A stretch of 34,626 nucleotides of DNA, taken from assembly GCA_964617105.1 (NCBI GenBank), contig CAZTWC010000009.1:1-34626 (forward strand), read 5' to 3'. The stretch is from an uncultured Myxococcia bacterium. GTDB lineage: Bacteria > CAZTWC01. The notes beneath the pieces are model-generated. The model had not been told where the DNA came from, did not search any database, and saw only the letters and a list, made by a program, of their open reading frames with translations. Positions 7,937 to 17,214 of this stretch are shown here, piece after piece (the first letter of the stretch is position 1; every line of letters starts with the position of its first letter). The position numbers were made by a program, and so were the translations under genes.

Positions 7937-8914
7937 ATGAAAATTATGATAACAGGCGGTCAAGGGTATATTGGTTCGATTTTGGTAAGAAGGTTGCTCA
8001 ATGAGGGGCACGAGGTGGTTTCCCTGGATTCATTGATGTTTGGCAATTACAATCACGAATTATTACTGGAATATGACAACTTTCGTTTTCATTACGGCAG
8101 TATTTTGAATATTACCGATGTCAACAAGGCCATGGAGGGGGCGGAAGCAGTGGTGCATCTGGCGGCTATCGTAGGCGACCCTGCCTGCGGAGTTAAAAAA
8201 GATTTGGCCATTGAAACTAACTATTTGGCTACGGTGAATTTAGCCACAGTGGCCAAAATGAAAAAGATCAACCGCTTTGTATTTCTCTCCAGTTGCAGTG
8301 TGTACGGCGCCAGTGACGAACATATCCTGGATGAGCAATCAGCCCTTAACCCGGTTTCTCTTTATGCTCAGACCAAGATTCAGGCGGAAGAGGAGTTGAT
8401 AAAACTCTCTGATGACGATTTCAAACCCACTTCTCTGAGATTGGCAACACTGTATGGTCTGTCGCCCCGGATGCGTTTTGACTTGGTGATCAACTACCTG
8501 ACTCAAAGAGCCATCTATCAGAAGAATATCTTTATCTTTGGCGGAGATCAATGGCGGCCCTTTTTACATGTGGCCGATGTTTCCAAAGCCATCATGTGCG
8601 TGCTTAAGGCGCCCAAGGATAAGGTGGGAGGCCAGATTTTCAACGTTGGTTGTGACGAGGAAAATTATCAACTAAAAGATATCGGCGCCCTGGTATCTGA
8701 AATAGTTCCCGATACCATTGCCAAGAACAATGATAAGATAACCGACCCCCGCTCTTACCGGGTGACCTTTAAAAAAATTAAAGAGATGATAGATTTTACC
8801 CCTGACCACAAGGTTCCGCCGGGAATCAAAGAGATAAAAAAAGCCATCGACAAGGGGATCTATTTTGATCCGGATCATATACGGTTTTATAACAATATCC
8901 CCAGCAGAACTTAA
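7937..8914 (+). CDS. NAD-dependent epimerase/dehydratase (extended SDR)
   Basis: TGGQGYIG, HLAAIVGDPAC, SSCSVYG, YAQTK, SPRMRFDLVIN. RBS AAGGAGG upstream. Confidence 0.93.
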   Translation: MKIMITGGQGYIGSILVRRLLNEGHEVVSLDSLMFGNYNHELLLEYDNFRFHYGSILNITDVNKAMEGAEAVVHLAAIVGDPACGVKKDLAIETNYLATVNLATVAKMKKINRFVFLSSCSVYGASDEHILDEQSALNPVSLYAQTKIQAEEELIKLSDDDFKPTSLRLATLYGLSPRMRFDLVINYLTQRAIYQKNIFIFGGDQWRPFLHVADVSKAIMCVLKAPKDKVGGQIFNVGCDEENYQLKDIGALVSEIVPDTIAKNNDKITDPRSYRVTFKKIKEMIDFTPDHKVPPGIKEIKKAIDKGIYFDPDHIRFYNNIPSRT

Positions 8915-9039
8915 AAAAATGCGGAGGCATCTTCATTAGCGGCGTTGCAGATTCCAGAATTGTCCTCGACGTATTACTTATACGCCTGCGGGAATTCTGG
9001 AATCTGCGCCTTGCTACTGAAGCGCCTCCACATTTTTTT
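8913..9039. repeat. 127-bp nested inverted-repeat (MITE/REP-like) element between convergent genes; may double as a bidirectional terminator
   Basis: Terminal arms aaaaaaatgcggaggc (8913-8928) and gcctccacattttttt (9024-9039), 15/16 paired. Perfect 15-bp inner stem gcagattccagaatt (8947-8961) / aattctggaatctgc (8993-9007). Apical stem cgtat/atacg (8970-8984). Confidence 0.8.
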
Positions 9040-9062
9040 GATTGTAGATGTATCCCGGCTAG

Positions 9063-10763
9063 CTAAAACATAAACTCAAATTTAGGTTCAGATTCTGGTT
9101 TTTGCTGGGGCAGATTGTCGTGGCAAAACTCCAGATGATTTTCCAGAAGGGCTTTTTTTCTATATCCCTTCTTTTGGGCTTTTTGGTAATACTCTATGGC
9201 CTTAGAATAAAATTTCTCTTTCTCATGCCAGTGTCCCATTAAAAAGTAGGCTTCCGGCAGTTGGCGATTGTAAAAAATCAACTCCTTCAATACATAGTAT
9301 CCCAGGTTATATTCCCGCAGATGGGGCCACTTTTTTATCCTGAATTTTTTAACCCCTTCATTATCTTCGCCATTTACATAATAGCGGTAAAAAGCGGTAT
9401 CTCCATGGCCAAAATAGACTTTTGAGGAGAAGATATGGAAATTGAAAATTACTTGCACGAAGGTAATTAGGATAAAAATAGCATAGATGGAGATGTTTTT
9501 AAAATTTGTCAACCCGGCATTAAAATCCCGGGAATTCTTTCCATTCTTTAGGCTATTCAGACCAAGAAGCCAATCCAGGAATATACCGGCCAGCAAAAAG
9601 GGAACCGGATGCAGTAAATTATAATAATAGGTCTTGGTAATTGCGGCCATATCCTGAAACAGGAGAAAAAAGACAAAAAACAGACCCCAGATAAACATGA
9701 TACTTTCCACTTGCCGCCTGGTTTTGGTTTCGGAAGGCAAAGGTTCGGTAGATTTTCCCCGGGCCATAACTTTTTTAGCCAGGAAACAGGCCAGACTATA
9801 GAGCATCAACAGCATCCCGGCCAGAATAATTACTATCTCTAAAAGGTTTATCCATTTGTGCAGGGATATGGCCAGGTTTTTCTTCTGAGTGCTCAGCAGT
9901 GAATAAACGTAATTCGGATATACTGAATAGTAGGTCTGGTTCAAGTGGGTCAATTGATCGGGAATATAGAAGTTATACAAAAAAGAGAGTAGTCTCTGGT
10001 GACGCATAACCTGGTCAACCTTTTTTTCATCCTCTTCAACCGTGCTGAAACAGATACGGATATTTTTAAAATCATTGGTGAGTTCATAGTATATAAAGGT
10101 GGAGTGGAGCAGAATAAAGCATAAAACACCGGCCAGAAAATGCTTAATTTTTATAGAAGGTCTGAATATCAACCAGCATATAAAAACCGGGACAAAAGTG
10201 AGGGCCACCACAAAGTGGATCTGCACCACCATCCCCCATAACGCAATTAGCAGAATCAGGTAAACGCTTTTTTTCTCCACCACAATTTTAAGCAGGGAGT
10301 AAAAGATCAAAATTAAAAAGGTAACCACTAACTGGTCTCTGCTTTGGCGGTCTGTGCCCATTAGCAAAATAGGAAACAGGGAGTGTAAACCGGCGGCAAA
10401 AAGGGCAATGCGGGGATTGAAATAGCGGCGGATCATTCGGTATAGAAGCAGGATGCCCGCCAGGTTGAACAGTTCAAACAGGGCAATTAAAACAGCGACT
10501 TTACCACCTCCCACCCAGAGGGCAAAGGCCACTATGTAAAAGTATAGGGGGCCGTGACGAAAATAGTATGAATCATCAGAGCCCAGGTTGTCTATCCGAT
10601 TGCCCAAAAGCACAACTTCACCGTCAATAATACGGTTGGCCATTATGGTGTCAAATTTTTCGTCAGCATCCAGATCCACATAAGTACCGGCGGAGTAAAG
10701 ACGAATGATGGCAGCCAGAAGAAAAATTAGAATAAAGAGATAGGCAGAGATATTTTTTTTCAT
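9063..10763 (-). CDS. ArnT/PMT-like (GT-C, GT39/GT83-type) membrane glycosyltransferase with C-terminal TPR
   Basis: N-terminal TM followed by the DADE acidic motif, HGPLYFY loop, about 10 or more hydrophobic helices, and a TPR-like C-terminus (PEAYFLMGHWHEKEKFYSKAIEYYQKA). Confidence 0.8.
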   Translation of the reverse strand: MKKNISAYLFILIFLLAAIIRLYSAGTYVDLDADEKFDTIMANRIIDGEVVLLGNRIDNLGSDDSYYFRHGPLYFYIVAFALWVGGGKVAVLIALFELFNLAGILLLYRMIRRYFNPRIALFAAGLHSLFPILLMGTDRQSRDQLVVTFLILIFYSLLKIVVEKKSVYLILLIALWGMVVQIHFVVALTFVPVFICWLIFRPSIKIKHFLAGVLCFILLHSTFIYYELTNDFKNIRICFSTVEEDEKKVDQVMRHQRLLSFLYNFYIPDQLTHLNQTYYSVYPNYVYSLLSTQKKNLAISLHKWINLLEIVIILAGMLLMLYSLACFLAKKVMARGKSTEPLPSETKTRRQVESIMFIWGLFFVFFLLFQDMAAITKTYYYNLLHPVPFLLAGIFLDWLLGLNSLKNGKNSRDFNAGLTNFKNISIYAIFILITFVQVIFNFHIFSSKVYFGHGDTAFYRYYVNGEDNEGVKKFRIKKWPHLREYNLGYYVLKELIFYNRQLPEAYFLMGHWHEKEKFYSKAIEYYQKAQKKGYRKKALLENHLEFCHDNLPQQKPESEPKFEFMF

Positions 10764-10793
10764 TACTATTTTAAATTTTACTTAGCGAGTTAT

Positions 10794-10823
10794 TTGACAG
10801 GTGGTTTTTAACTATAATATGAT
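10794..10823 (+). promoter_or_regulatory. Putative sigma70 promoter for the 10899-17183 operon
   Basis: TTGACA at 10794-10799. TATGAT at 10818-10823 gives an 18-bp spacer. A perfect TATAAT at 10813-10818 gives only a 13-bp spacer. Confidence 0.5.
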
Positions 10824-10898
10824 AAAAAATGGTAAACTACAAGAAAGTTGGGGCAACAGACCATAATGTCTCAGCGCTCCTTTTGAGAATTGTTATAA

Positions 10899-12659
10899 AT
10901 GATTTTTAGGCTAAAAAATAAGAAATCGATGTTTCTATTTTGCCTCTGTCTGCTGATTTTCTTGATGTATGGTTGTCAAGAAAAAGGTGATACAGGTGGA
11001 GCCAGGCAGTTAAAGATGGCCTTGACAGGGAAGGATGGGAACTCCTTAAACTGCAGTAGATACTGCCTTAGCACCATTGAAGTTGAAGTGAGAGAGATGG
11101 AAGGTGGGCAAACTCTCTTTAAAAAGGCGGTGAATTGTAAGACCAAAGGGGTGCTGGTGGACAAACTGGAGGGGGGGCAGGAGGTTGAGGTGATAGTCAA
11201 TGGATATGACAGTGATGGCAACAAGTTGCATGGAGGTCAGAGCCAACCCATAGAGATTTGGAATGGGATTACCCGCGAGGTAAATATTAAGATGATCCCT
11301 TTGGGGAAATATCCCCGTATATTGGAGGTGACTCCAGCCTTTATTAATCCCACGGTGGTGGAAACTGTGGTGGTCAAAGGGAAAAATCTGGGACAGGGGG
11401 CAGGCAGCCAGCGTCATTTATACTTCGGTGAGGAGGAGATTAGCGGTGATATCAGTTTGTGGACCGAAGAGAGGATTGAGATTCCCTCTGATACTTTTGC
11501 AGAAAAAGGCTCCAATACTCTGAAAGTGAAGGTGTGCAATATAGACAACCAGGAGAATAATATCTATCTCAAAGTGTTAAATCTGGACCAGAATATCTCG
11601 GTGTTCAAGCATCCAGCTCACTCGTTGTGGAAAAAAGAGTGTGGAGCTTTTGCGGTCACCGGCCTCGATTTTTTAGCCAATGGAGATCTGTTGGCCCTAT
11701 TTGCCTGTCAAGACAAGAAATCAGGAGTCCTTTTTTCCCTTTGGTACGATGAGAAAGAAGAACGCTATTTGCCGGTGCGGGAAGATATTGAGATGGAGAT
11801 ACTTCCCATAGACAGCGCTATTTTGTCCAAGGTTAATTATCTGCTGGTAGCCGGTACGGGAGAAAAACCCTACTTGTTGACTATTGACCTGGATGAAATG
11901 TCAATTATTAACCGTTTTGTTTTACCTGCCAGGCCTCTGTCGTTGGCGGTGAATGACGATGGCTCGTTGGCCGCGTTGGGCATGAAGGATTTTGCCGAAC
12001 TCTATTATTTCCAGGTGGACGATCTCAAGGAGGGAAATTTCACTCCCCAAAAAATAGATATGAAAACTCCCATGCAGATATCCAGTTTGCAATTTGTTAA
12101 ACAGCAGGACCAGGTTCTTTATGCACTAAATTCTTTAGTTGGTAGTCAGCAGCAACTGCTGGAGATATCTTTTGCCAATAGCCAGGCAACCATAAAAACA
12201 AATTACGACCTGGATAAAATGGCCGGTTGTAAGAGTCCTCACAGTTTAACTGTAAGTGCAAACCAAACCGTTTATATCACCTGCAGTATTACGGAAAAAA
12301 TAATCACCTTTAATTTGCAGAACCAGCATAGCGGGGCCATTGTATCAATACCTTTGGTGGATGGTTTTTCCGGGTATGACCTGGAGTTTCCTCAACGGCT
12401 GGCTTTGTCGGCTGACCAACTCTTACTCTTTGCAGTAGCCCGCGATTCACCTACTTTTTCTATTATAAATGCAGTCCAAAGATCCCTGATTAGCGTGGTT
12501 AAACTTCCCCATAAGCCAGATGAAGAAGTCTTGGAAGATCTGCTCAACGATATAGATATTTGGCAAGATTCCCAGGACCCTTTAAAGGCCAGAGCCGTCC
12601 TATCCGGACCGCTTAACGGAACTTTTTCCTATACCAATATTTTTAACCGAAAAAAATGA
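10899..12659 (+). CDS. Lipoprotein with IPT/TIG-like domain and C-terminal beta-propeller-like (YncE-like) region
   Basis: Basic N-terminus, hydrophobic stretch and MYGC lipobox-like site. PRILEVTP…VVVKGKNLG…LWTEERIEI is IPT/TIG-like. Repeated blade-like motifs RPLSLAVNDDG, SPHSLTVSANQ and FPQRLALSADQ. Confidence 0.7.
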   Translation: MIFRLKNKKSMFLFCLCLLIFLMYGCQEKGDTGGARQLKMALTGKDGNSLNCSRYCLSTIEVEVREMEGGQTLFKKAVNCKTKGVLVDKLEGGQEVEVIVNGYDSDGNKLHGGQSQPIEIWNGITREVNIKMIPLGKYPRILEVTPAFINPTVVETVVVKGKNLGQGAGSQRHLYFGEEEISGDISLWTEERIEIPSDTFAEKGSNTLKVKVCNIDNQENNIYLKVLNLDQNISVFKHPAHSLWKKECGAFAVTGLDFLANGDLLALFACQDKKSGVLFSLWYDEKEERYLPVREDIEMEILPIDSAILSKVNYLLVAGTGEKPYLLTIDLDEMSIINRFVLPARPLSLAVNDDGSLAALGMKDFAELYYFQVDDLKEGNFTPQKIDMKTPMQISSLQFVKQQDQVLYALNSLVGSQQQLLEISFANSQATIKTNYDLDKMAGCKSPHSLTVSANQTVYITCSITEKIITFNLQNQHSGAIVSIPLVDGFSGYDLEFPQRLALSADQLLLFAVARDSPTFSIINAVQRSLISVVKLPHKPDEEVLEDLLNDIDIWQDSQDPLKARAVLSGPLNGTFSYTNIFNRKK

Positions 12660-14701
12660 TTAAATTAACTCTGGAAAAAGGCGATAACAGCCGAACATTT
12701 TTTAAAAGTGAGCCTAAGATAACTTTGGGGCGCAGCCATCATAACCAAATAGTGCTAAACTATCCCTTTGTCTCCTCTCAACACGCCGAAATAATCAAAC
12801 AAAAGGGGGAATACTGTTTGCGCGATCTGGATAGCACCAATGGCACCAGTATTATCAGGGATGACACTCTTATCTTGCTTAAAAAGGAGGTGGAAAGGAA
12901 TTCTGTTCTTTTGCAAAGTGGGGATATAATCTGCCTGGGTTTTGCCGAAGACAGGATCCGGTTAGGTTTTGAAGTTGTCTCTCAACCATCTTGTCAGGTC
13001 GAGGATGAGGAAAATGTGTGTGACCGGTTGGGTGACGGTCGAACCGTAGTGATCTCCAGCCAGGAGATAAGTCAGTTATCGGCCATTGAAACCAGGATTA
13101 AGTCCAGTCCCCAAACTCTTTTGTCAATTTACGATCTGAACAAAACTTTCCAGACCATATTTAGCCATCAAGAGTTGCTTTCCAATTTGGGAGATCAGTT
13201 GTTGAAACTATTTCCCCGCGCCGACAACCTGGTGGTGCTGGAGAACAAAGACAATAAAAATTTGAACATAAAAAAATATTTTATTCGTCAACAGAGAGGC
13301 CAGGAGAAGATCAAGGATATAACCCAGGAGATGGCGGGGAAGGAAGAAGATATATTTTGGAGCAGGACTATGGCCTGTAAAATAGCCACTTCCAAAAGTA
13401 CTCATATTTTTCAGGAAAAAGGAGGAAGTTTGAGTTCTGCCAGCATTGTAGCCTCTGGGATCACTTCCTGCATGGGTGCGCCATTACTGACGGGTTTGAG
13501 AGAGGAGGGAAAGGTCAAATACGTATTGCAATTGAACTGTGGTCACCAGGATTATTGCTTTGGCCAGAAAGATTTGGATTTGTTGACTTTAGTAGTTGGT
13601 CAACTCTCCCTCAATTTAGAAAATATTGAACTTTACAGCCGTCTTCAGGAGGTCAACAGCCTGCTGGAACGGGAGAATCAACTGCTAAAACAGGAGATAG
13701 AGCAGGGGGAGAGAAAAGACAATTTTGTTGAGATTATTGGCAATTCCAACGCACTGCGTAAGAGTTTGACCCTTTTAAAGCGGGTGATGAAATCTCATAT
13801 TACTGTTCTTTTAGAAGGGGAAACCGGTACCGGCAAGGAGTTGTTTGCCAGAGCCCTTCACTTCAACGGACCCCGGGCTCAAAAACTCTTTGTGGTTCAG
13901 AATTGTGCCGCCATACCGGAAAACCTTTTGGAGAGTGAACTTTTTGGCCACAAGAAAGGGGCTTTTACCGGGGTCGACAAAGATAAGAAGGGGCTTTTTG
14001 AAGTGGCCCATGGCGGGACCATATTTTTAGATGAGATTGGAGAGATGAGTAGTGCCATGCAGGCAAAATTGCTGCGGGTCTGCCAGGAGGGAGAGATCCG
14101 GCAGGTGGGCGCTTTGAAAAATATCAATGTGGATATCCGTATAATAGCCGCTACCAACCGTTCTCTGCTGTCTATGGTAGAGGATGGATTGTTTCGCGAA
14201 GATTTGTTTTACCGGTTGAGTTCTTTCCCCATTCTGATCCCGCCTTTGCGGGATAGAAAAGAGGATATCCCTCTATTGGCCAGGCATTTTTTAGAAAAGT
14301 TCTGCCGTCAGGAAAAGATGAAGGTGGTTGGTATGAGCAGGGAGGTACTGGATATTTTGGAGTCTTATCACTATCCAGGCAATGTTCGCCAACTGCAAAA
14401 CGAAATTTCCCGGGCGGCAGTTTTGGCGGGAGAAGGATTTTCTATCCAACCAGACCATCTTTCCCACCAGGTGTTGGATTCGATGCGGAAAACTGAAGCA
14501 AAGAGCGCAGGGAATATTCTGGACCAAAATAAAGAACTTGAGGGTAAAATGGTAAAAGAGATCATGTTCAAAACAGAACGTGAATTGATTAATAAAGTTA
14601 TGAACCAGGTGGAAGGCAATCGAACCAGGGCCGCACAAGTATTGGGTATCAGTCGAGTGGGGTTGATGAAGATGCTGAAAAGACTGGAGTTGAATGAATG
14701 A
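12656..14701 (+). CDS. FHA-GAF-sigma54 AAA+-HTH(Fis) enhancer-binding protein
   Basis: FHA motifs GR, VSSQHA and DLDSTNGT. GAF-like SCMGAPL segment. Walker A GETGTGKE, ESELFGH, GAFTGV, FLDEIG, FREDLFYRL, YPGNVRQL. C-terminal GNRTRAAQVLGISR HTH. Confidence 0.95.
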   Translation: MIKLTLEKGDNSRTFFKSEPKITLGRSHHNQIVLNYPFVSSQHAEIIKQKGEYCLRDLDSTNGTSIIRDDTLILLKKEVERNSVLLQSGDIICLGFAEDRIRLGFEVVSQPSCQVEDEENVCDRLGDGRTVVISSQEISQLSAIETRIKSSPQTLLSIYDLNKTFQTIFSHQELLSNLGDQLLKLFPRADNLVVLENKDNKNLNIKKYFIRQQRGQEKIKDITQEMAGKEEDIFWSRTMACKIATSKSTHIFQEKGGSLSSASIVASGITSCMGAPLLTGLREEGKVKYVLQLNCGHQDYCFGQKDLDLLTLVVGQLSLNLENIELYSRLQEVNSLLERENQLLKQEIEQGERKDNFVEIIGNSNALRKSLTLLKRVMKSHITVLLEGETGTGKELFARALHFNGPRAQKLFVVQNCAAIPENLLESELFGHKKGAFTGVDKDKKGLFEVAHGGTIFLDEIGEMSSAMQAKLLRVCQEGEIRQVGALKNINVDIRIIAATNRSLLSMVEDGLFREDLFYRLSSFPILIPPLRDRKEDIPLLARHFLEKFCRQEKMKVVGMSREVLDILESYHYPGNVRQLQNEISRAAVLAGEGFSIQPDHLSHQVLDSMRKTEAKSAGNILDQNKELEGKMVKEIMFKTERELINKVMNQVEGNRTRAAQVLGISRVGLMKMLKRLELNE

Positions 14702-16044
14702 ATCCACCCTCTGTCAGTTTGTGTATGATTCTTTGCAATGAGGAACAATTTCTGCGGCAGTGCCTGCAATCGGCCCGCCCTTATGTAGATGAAATAGTGG
14801 TGGTAGACACCGGTTCTACAGATAACGGAATGAAAATTGCAATAGATATGGGGGGGAGAGTGGAGCAGATTACCTGGCAGAAGGACTTTTCTCTGGCCAG
14901 AAACCACTCTTTGCAGTTGGCTCGGGGAGAATGGGTGTTGATTCTCGATGCTGATGAAACAGTGGAGCCAATGGATCGGGAGCTATTTAGGAGTTTATTG
15001 GCTCAACCGCAGATGTTGGGTTACTATTTAAAAATATGCAATATCAATGACCAGGGAGAGTGTGGTTCTTTTGCCACAGCAATGAGGCTTTTTCGCAACA
15101 GGCCTGAAATAAGGTTTAAATACCCTCTTCATGAATCGGTGTTGGATGCGGTTTTGGAGTATGGACAAAAACAGGGAATGAAAACCGCCACCCACCCAAT
15201 GTTGATAAAACACTATGGATACACCAGCCAGGTGATGCAGGTAAAAAACAAGTTAGAACGGAACCAGGCTATTTTAAAGAAGGCTTTAGTTAATAAAAAT
15301 TTTCAAAATGACCTTTTTATTATTTACAATTATGCCAAACTATTACGCCATCCTGATCTTCAGGAGCATGAGGATAATAAGCAGGCGGAACAATGGCTAC
15401 AGAGAGCTTTTGAGCAGTTAGAGAGTGTGGATATTAAAATCCGCCACAATTTGCCCTATGCAACTGATATTTGTTATCAGTGGGCCGATTTTTTAAATCA
15501 GCGGGGAGATACAGAAAAAGCACTTCAGGTTTTACGACAGGGAGTTATGCTGGTGGAGCCAACCTGTGATCTGCTCTATTTTAAAGGTGAATTGGCCTTT
15601 AAATCGGGATCTCTGGAGGAGGCGAAACGGGATTGGCGGCAATGTCGGGAGTCTAATGAAGTTTTGGGCTCCTATAATTTAGCCGGGGCCGACAACTATT
15701 TACCTTTGTGCGGATTGGCTCAAATTTCCTTTATCCGCGGAAATATCAAGAAAGGAAGAGAGTTGTTGGAGCAGGCTATTACCGAAGCGGGAGATAGTTC
15801 TCCCTATCCCCGGTATCAAATGGCTTATCACCTGATACAGGAGCAAAAATTAAAGCAGGCAATATTTCAGTATATGGAGATCTCCAAAACCTGGCCTGGG
15901 GAGATCAAGGCCTGGATTTTTGGTGCCCGGCTTCTAAACAACCTGAACTTGAAAGAACGGGCCTGCCAGTGGTTACAAACTGCAGCCCAATTGGATCAAA
16001 ATGATCCAGATCTACAAAAGGTAAAAGAAGAGGTTGAAAAATGA
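14698..16044 (+). CDS. GT2 glycosyltransferase with C-terminal TPR repeats
   Basis: SVSLCMI, VVDTGSTD, DFSLARN, LDADE, LHE and HYGY motifs, followed by TPR-like helices. ATGA overlap with the upstream gene. Confidence 0.92.
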   Translation: MNPPSVSLCMILCNEEQFLRQCLQSARPYVDEIVVVDTGSTDNGMKIAIDMGGRVEQITWQKDFSLARNHSLQLARGEWVLILDADETVEPMDRELFRSLLAQPQMLGYYLKICNINDQGECGSFATAMRLFRNRPEIRFKYPLHESVLDAVLEYGQKQGMKTATHPMLIKHYGYTSQVMQVKNKLERNQAILKKALVNKNFQNDLFIIYNYAKLLRHPDLQEHEDNKQAEQWLQRAFEQLESVDIKIRHNLPYATDICYQWADFLNQRGDTEKALQVLRQGVMLVEPTCDLLYFKGELAFKSGSLEEAKRDWRQCRESNEVLGSYNLAGADNYLPLCGLAQISFIRGNIKKGRELLEQAITEAGDSSPYPRYQMAYHLIQEQKLKQAIFQYMEISKTWPGEIKAWIFGARLLNNLNLKERACQWLQTAAQLDQNDPDLQKVKEEVEK

Positions 16045-17183
16045 TAGATAAAGCCCGGAAAGTCACTTTTGAATGGCTTATCAACCAGGTCTTGCCAGTA
16101 AAAGGCCGGGTAATTTTACCATTTTTGAAGGTCGTGGCCTTTATTTTGCTTATATTTCCACAATTTTGCAAAGCTGAAAAAGATTTGCACCAGGATTTGA
16201 TACCATCGATAGACCAGGCGGAAAATTCGGGCCGTTACTATTTGGAGCAATATACCCTGGCCTTTTATTTGACTAAAGGATACCGGGGCTATATCAGTTT
16301 TATACTCTCCAACATGGGGTTGCAAAAAGGGTATGCGGTTTTAAAAAGCGAGTTTAAAACCCCGGATCAAAAGAGTTATGATCACAAAAGTAAATATGCC
16401 CGAGATGAATGGAGATTTAAAAAATCCAATTTTAACCTTACATTGGGAAAAGATGGAGGCTCAAACAGCATTCAGACCGGAGAAGACGGCAAGATAATAG
16501 TTCAGATAGATAATCCCAAAATCCAGGCTCGTTATGAACTTACCAACCTGATTGATCCCATCCGCCCCAAAGATTTTTTGGTTTTTTACGGCAGCAAAGA
16601 GCGCTATTATAGGCTGGTTCTGTTTATCCCCTGGGGCAAAGTGAAAGGCAAGGTGCTGGTCAAGTCTTCGGGCCGGGTTCACCAGGTGGAGGGATTTGTT
16701 TACGCCGATCATTCCCTGACCAATGTATCTCCCCGGAAGCAGGCCCGAACCTGGTATCGGATGCGGCAAAAGGTGGATGATACCATTGTGACTTTTATTG
16801 TCTTTACCGTGCCAGGCATAAAAAAACTAAACGGCTTTGTTATGGTAGCCCGGGAGAATAAGATTCTATTTTATAGCGATCGGATAAAATTTTATGCCCG
16901 AAATAAAAAAGAGTTTGATAATGGCGACAAGATCCCCCGGGCTCTGCGGATTATCGCCTCTAACAACGGTAAAAAGTTGCGAGCAACCATGCTGGGAGAA
17001 AAGATTATCAAGGCCCAGAGTATGCTTTCCGGATTTAATTCTATGATTCGTTTTGTCCTCTCCAAACTGGTTGATCCCTGGGATTACGAAACCGCCTGCA
17101 AATGGATTTTTGAAATCAACGGCACTGACGCCAAAAAAATCTCCGGCAAGGGGATTTTTTCTGTTACTACTACCGATAGATGA
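16041..17183 (+). CDS. Exported hypothetical protein, possibly AttH/CrtC/lipocalin-like double beta-barrel
   Basis: Signal-like stretch ending FCKA/EKD. Motifs YYLEQYTLAFY, GFVYADHS and TWYRMR recall the AttH-like fold. ATGA overlap with the upstream gene. Confidence 0.55.
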   Translation: MIDKARKVTFEWLINQVLPVKGRVILPFLKVVAFILLIFPQFCKAEKDLHQDLIPSIDQAENSGRYYLEQYTLAFYLTKGYRGYISFILSNMGLQKGYAVLKSEFKTPDQKSYDHKSKYARDEWRFKKSNFNLTLGKDGGSNSIQTGEDGKIIVQIDNPKIQARYELTNLIDPIRPKDFLVFYGSKERYYRLVLFIPWGKVKGKVLVKSSGRVHQVEGFVYADHSLTNVSPRKQARTWYRMRQKVDDTIVTFIVFTVPGIKKLNGFVMVARENKILFYSDRIKFYARNKKEFDNGDKIPRALRIIASNNGKKLRATMLGEKIIKAQSMLSGFNSMIRFVLSKLVDPWDYETACKWIFEINGTDAKKISGKGIFSVTTTDR

Positions 17184-17214
17184 TTAAATCGTGAAACAAA
17201 TTTCCAGGAAATGA

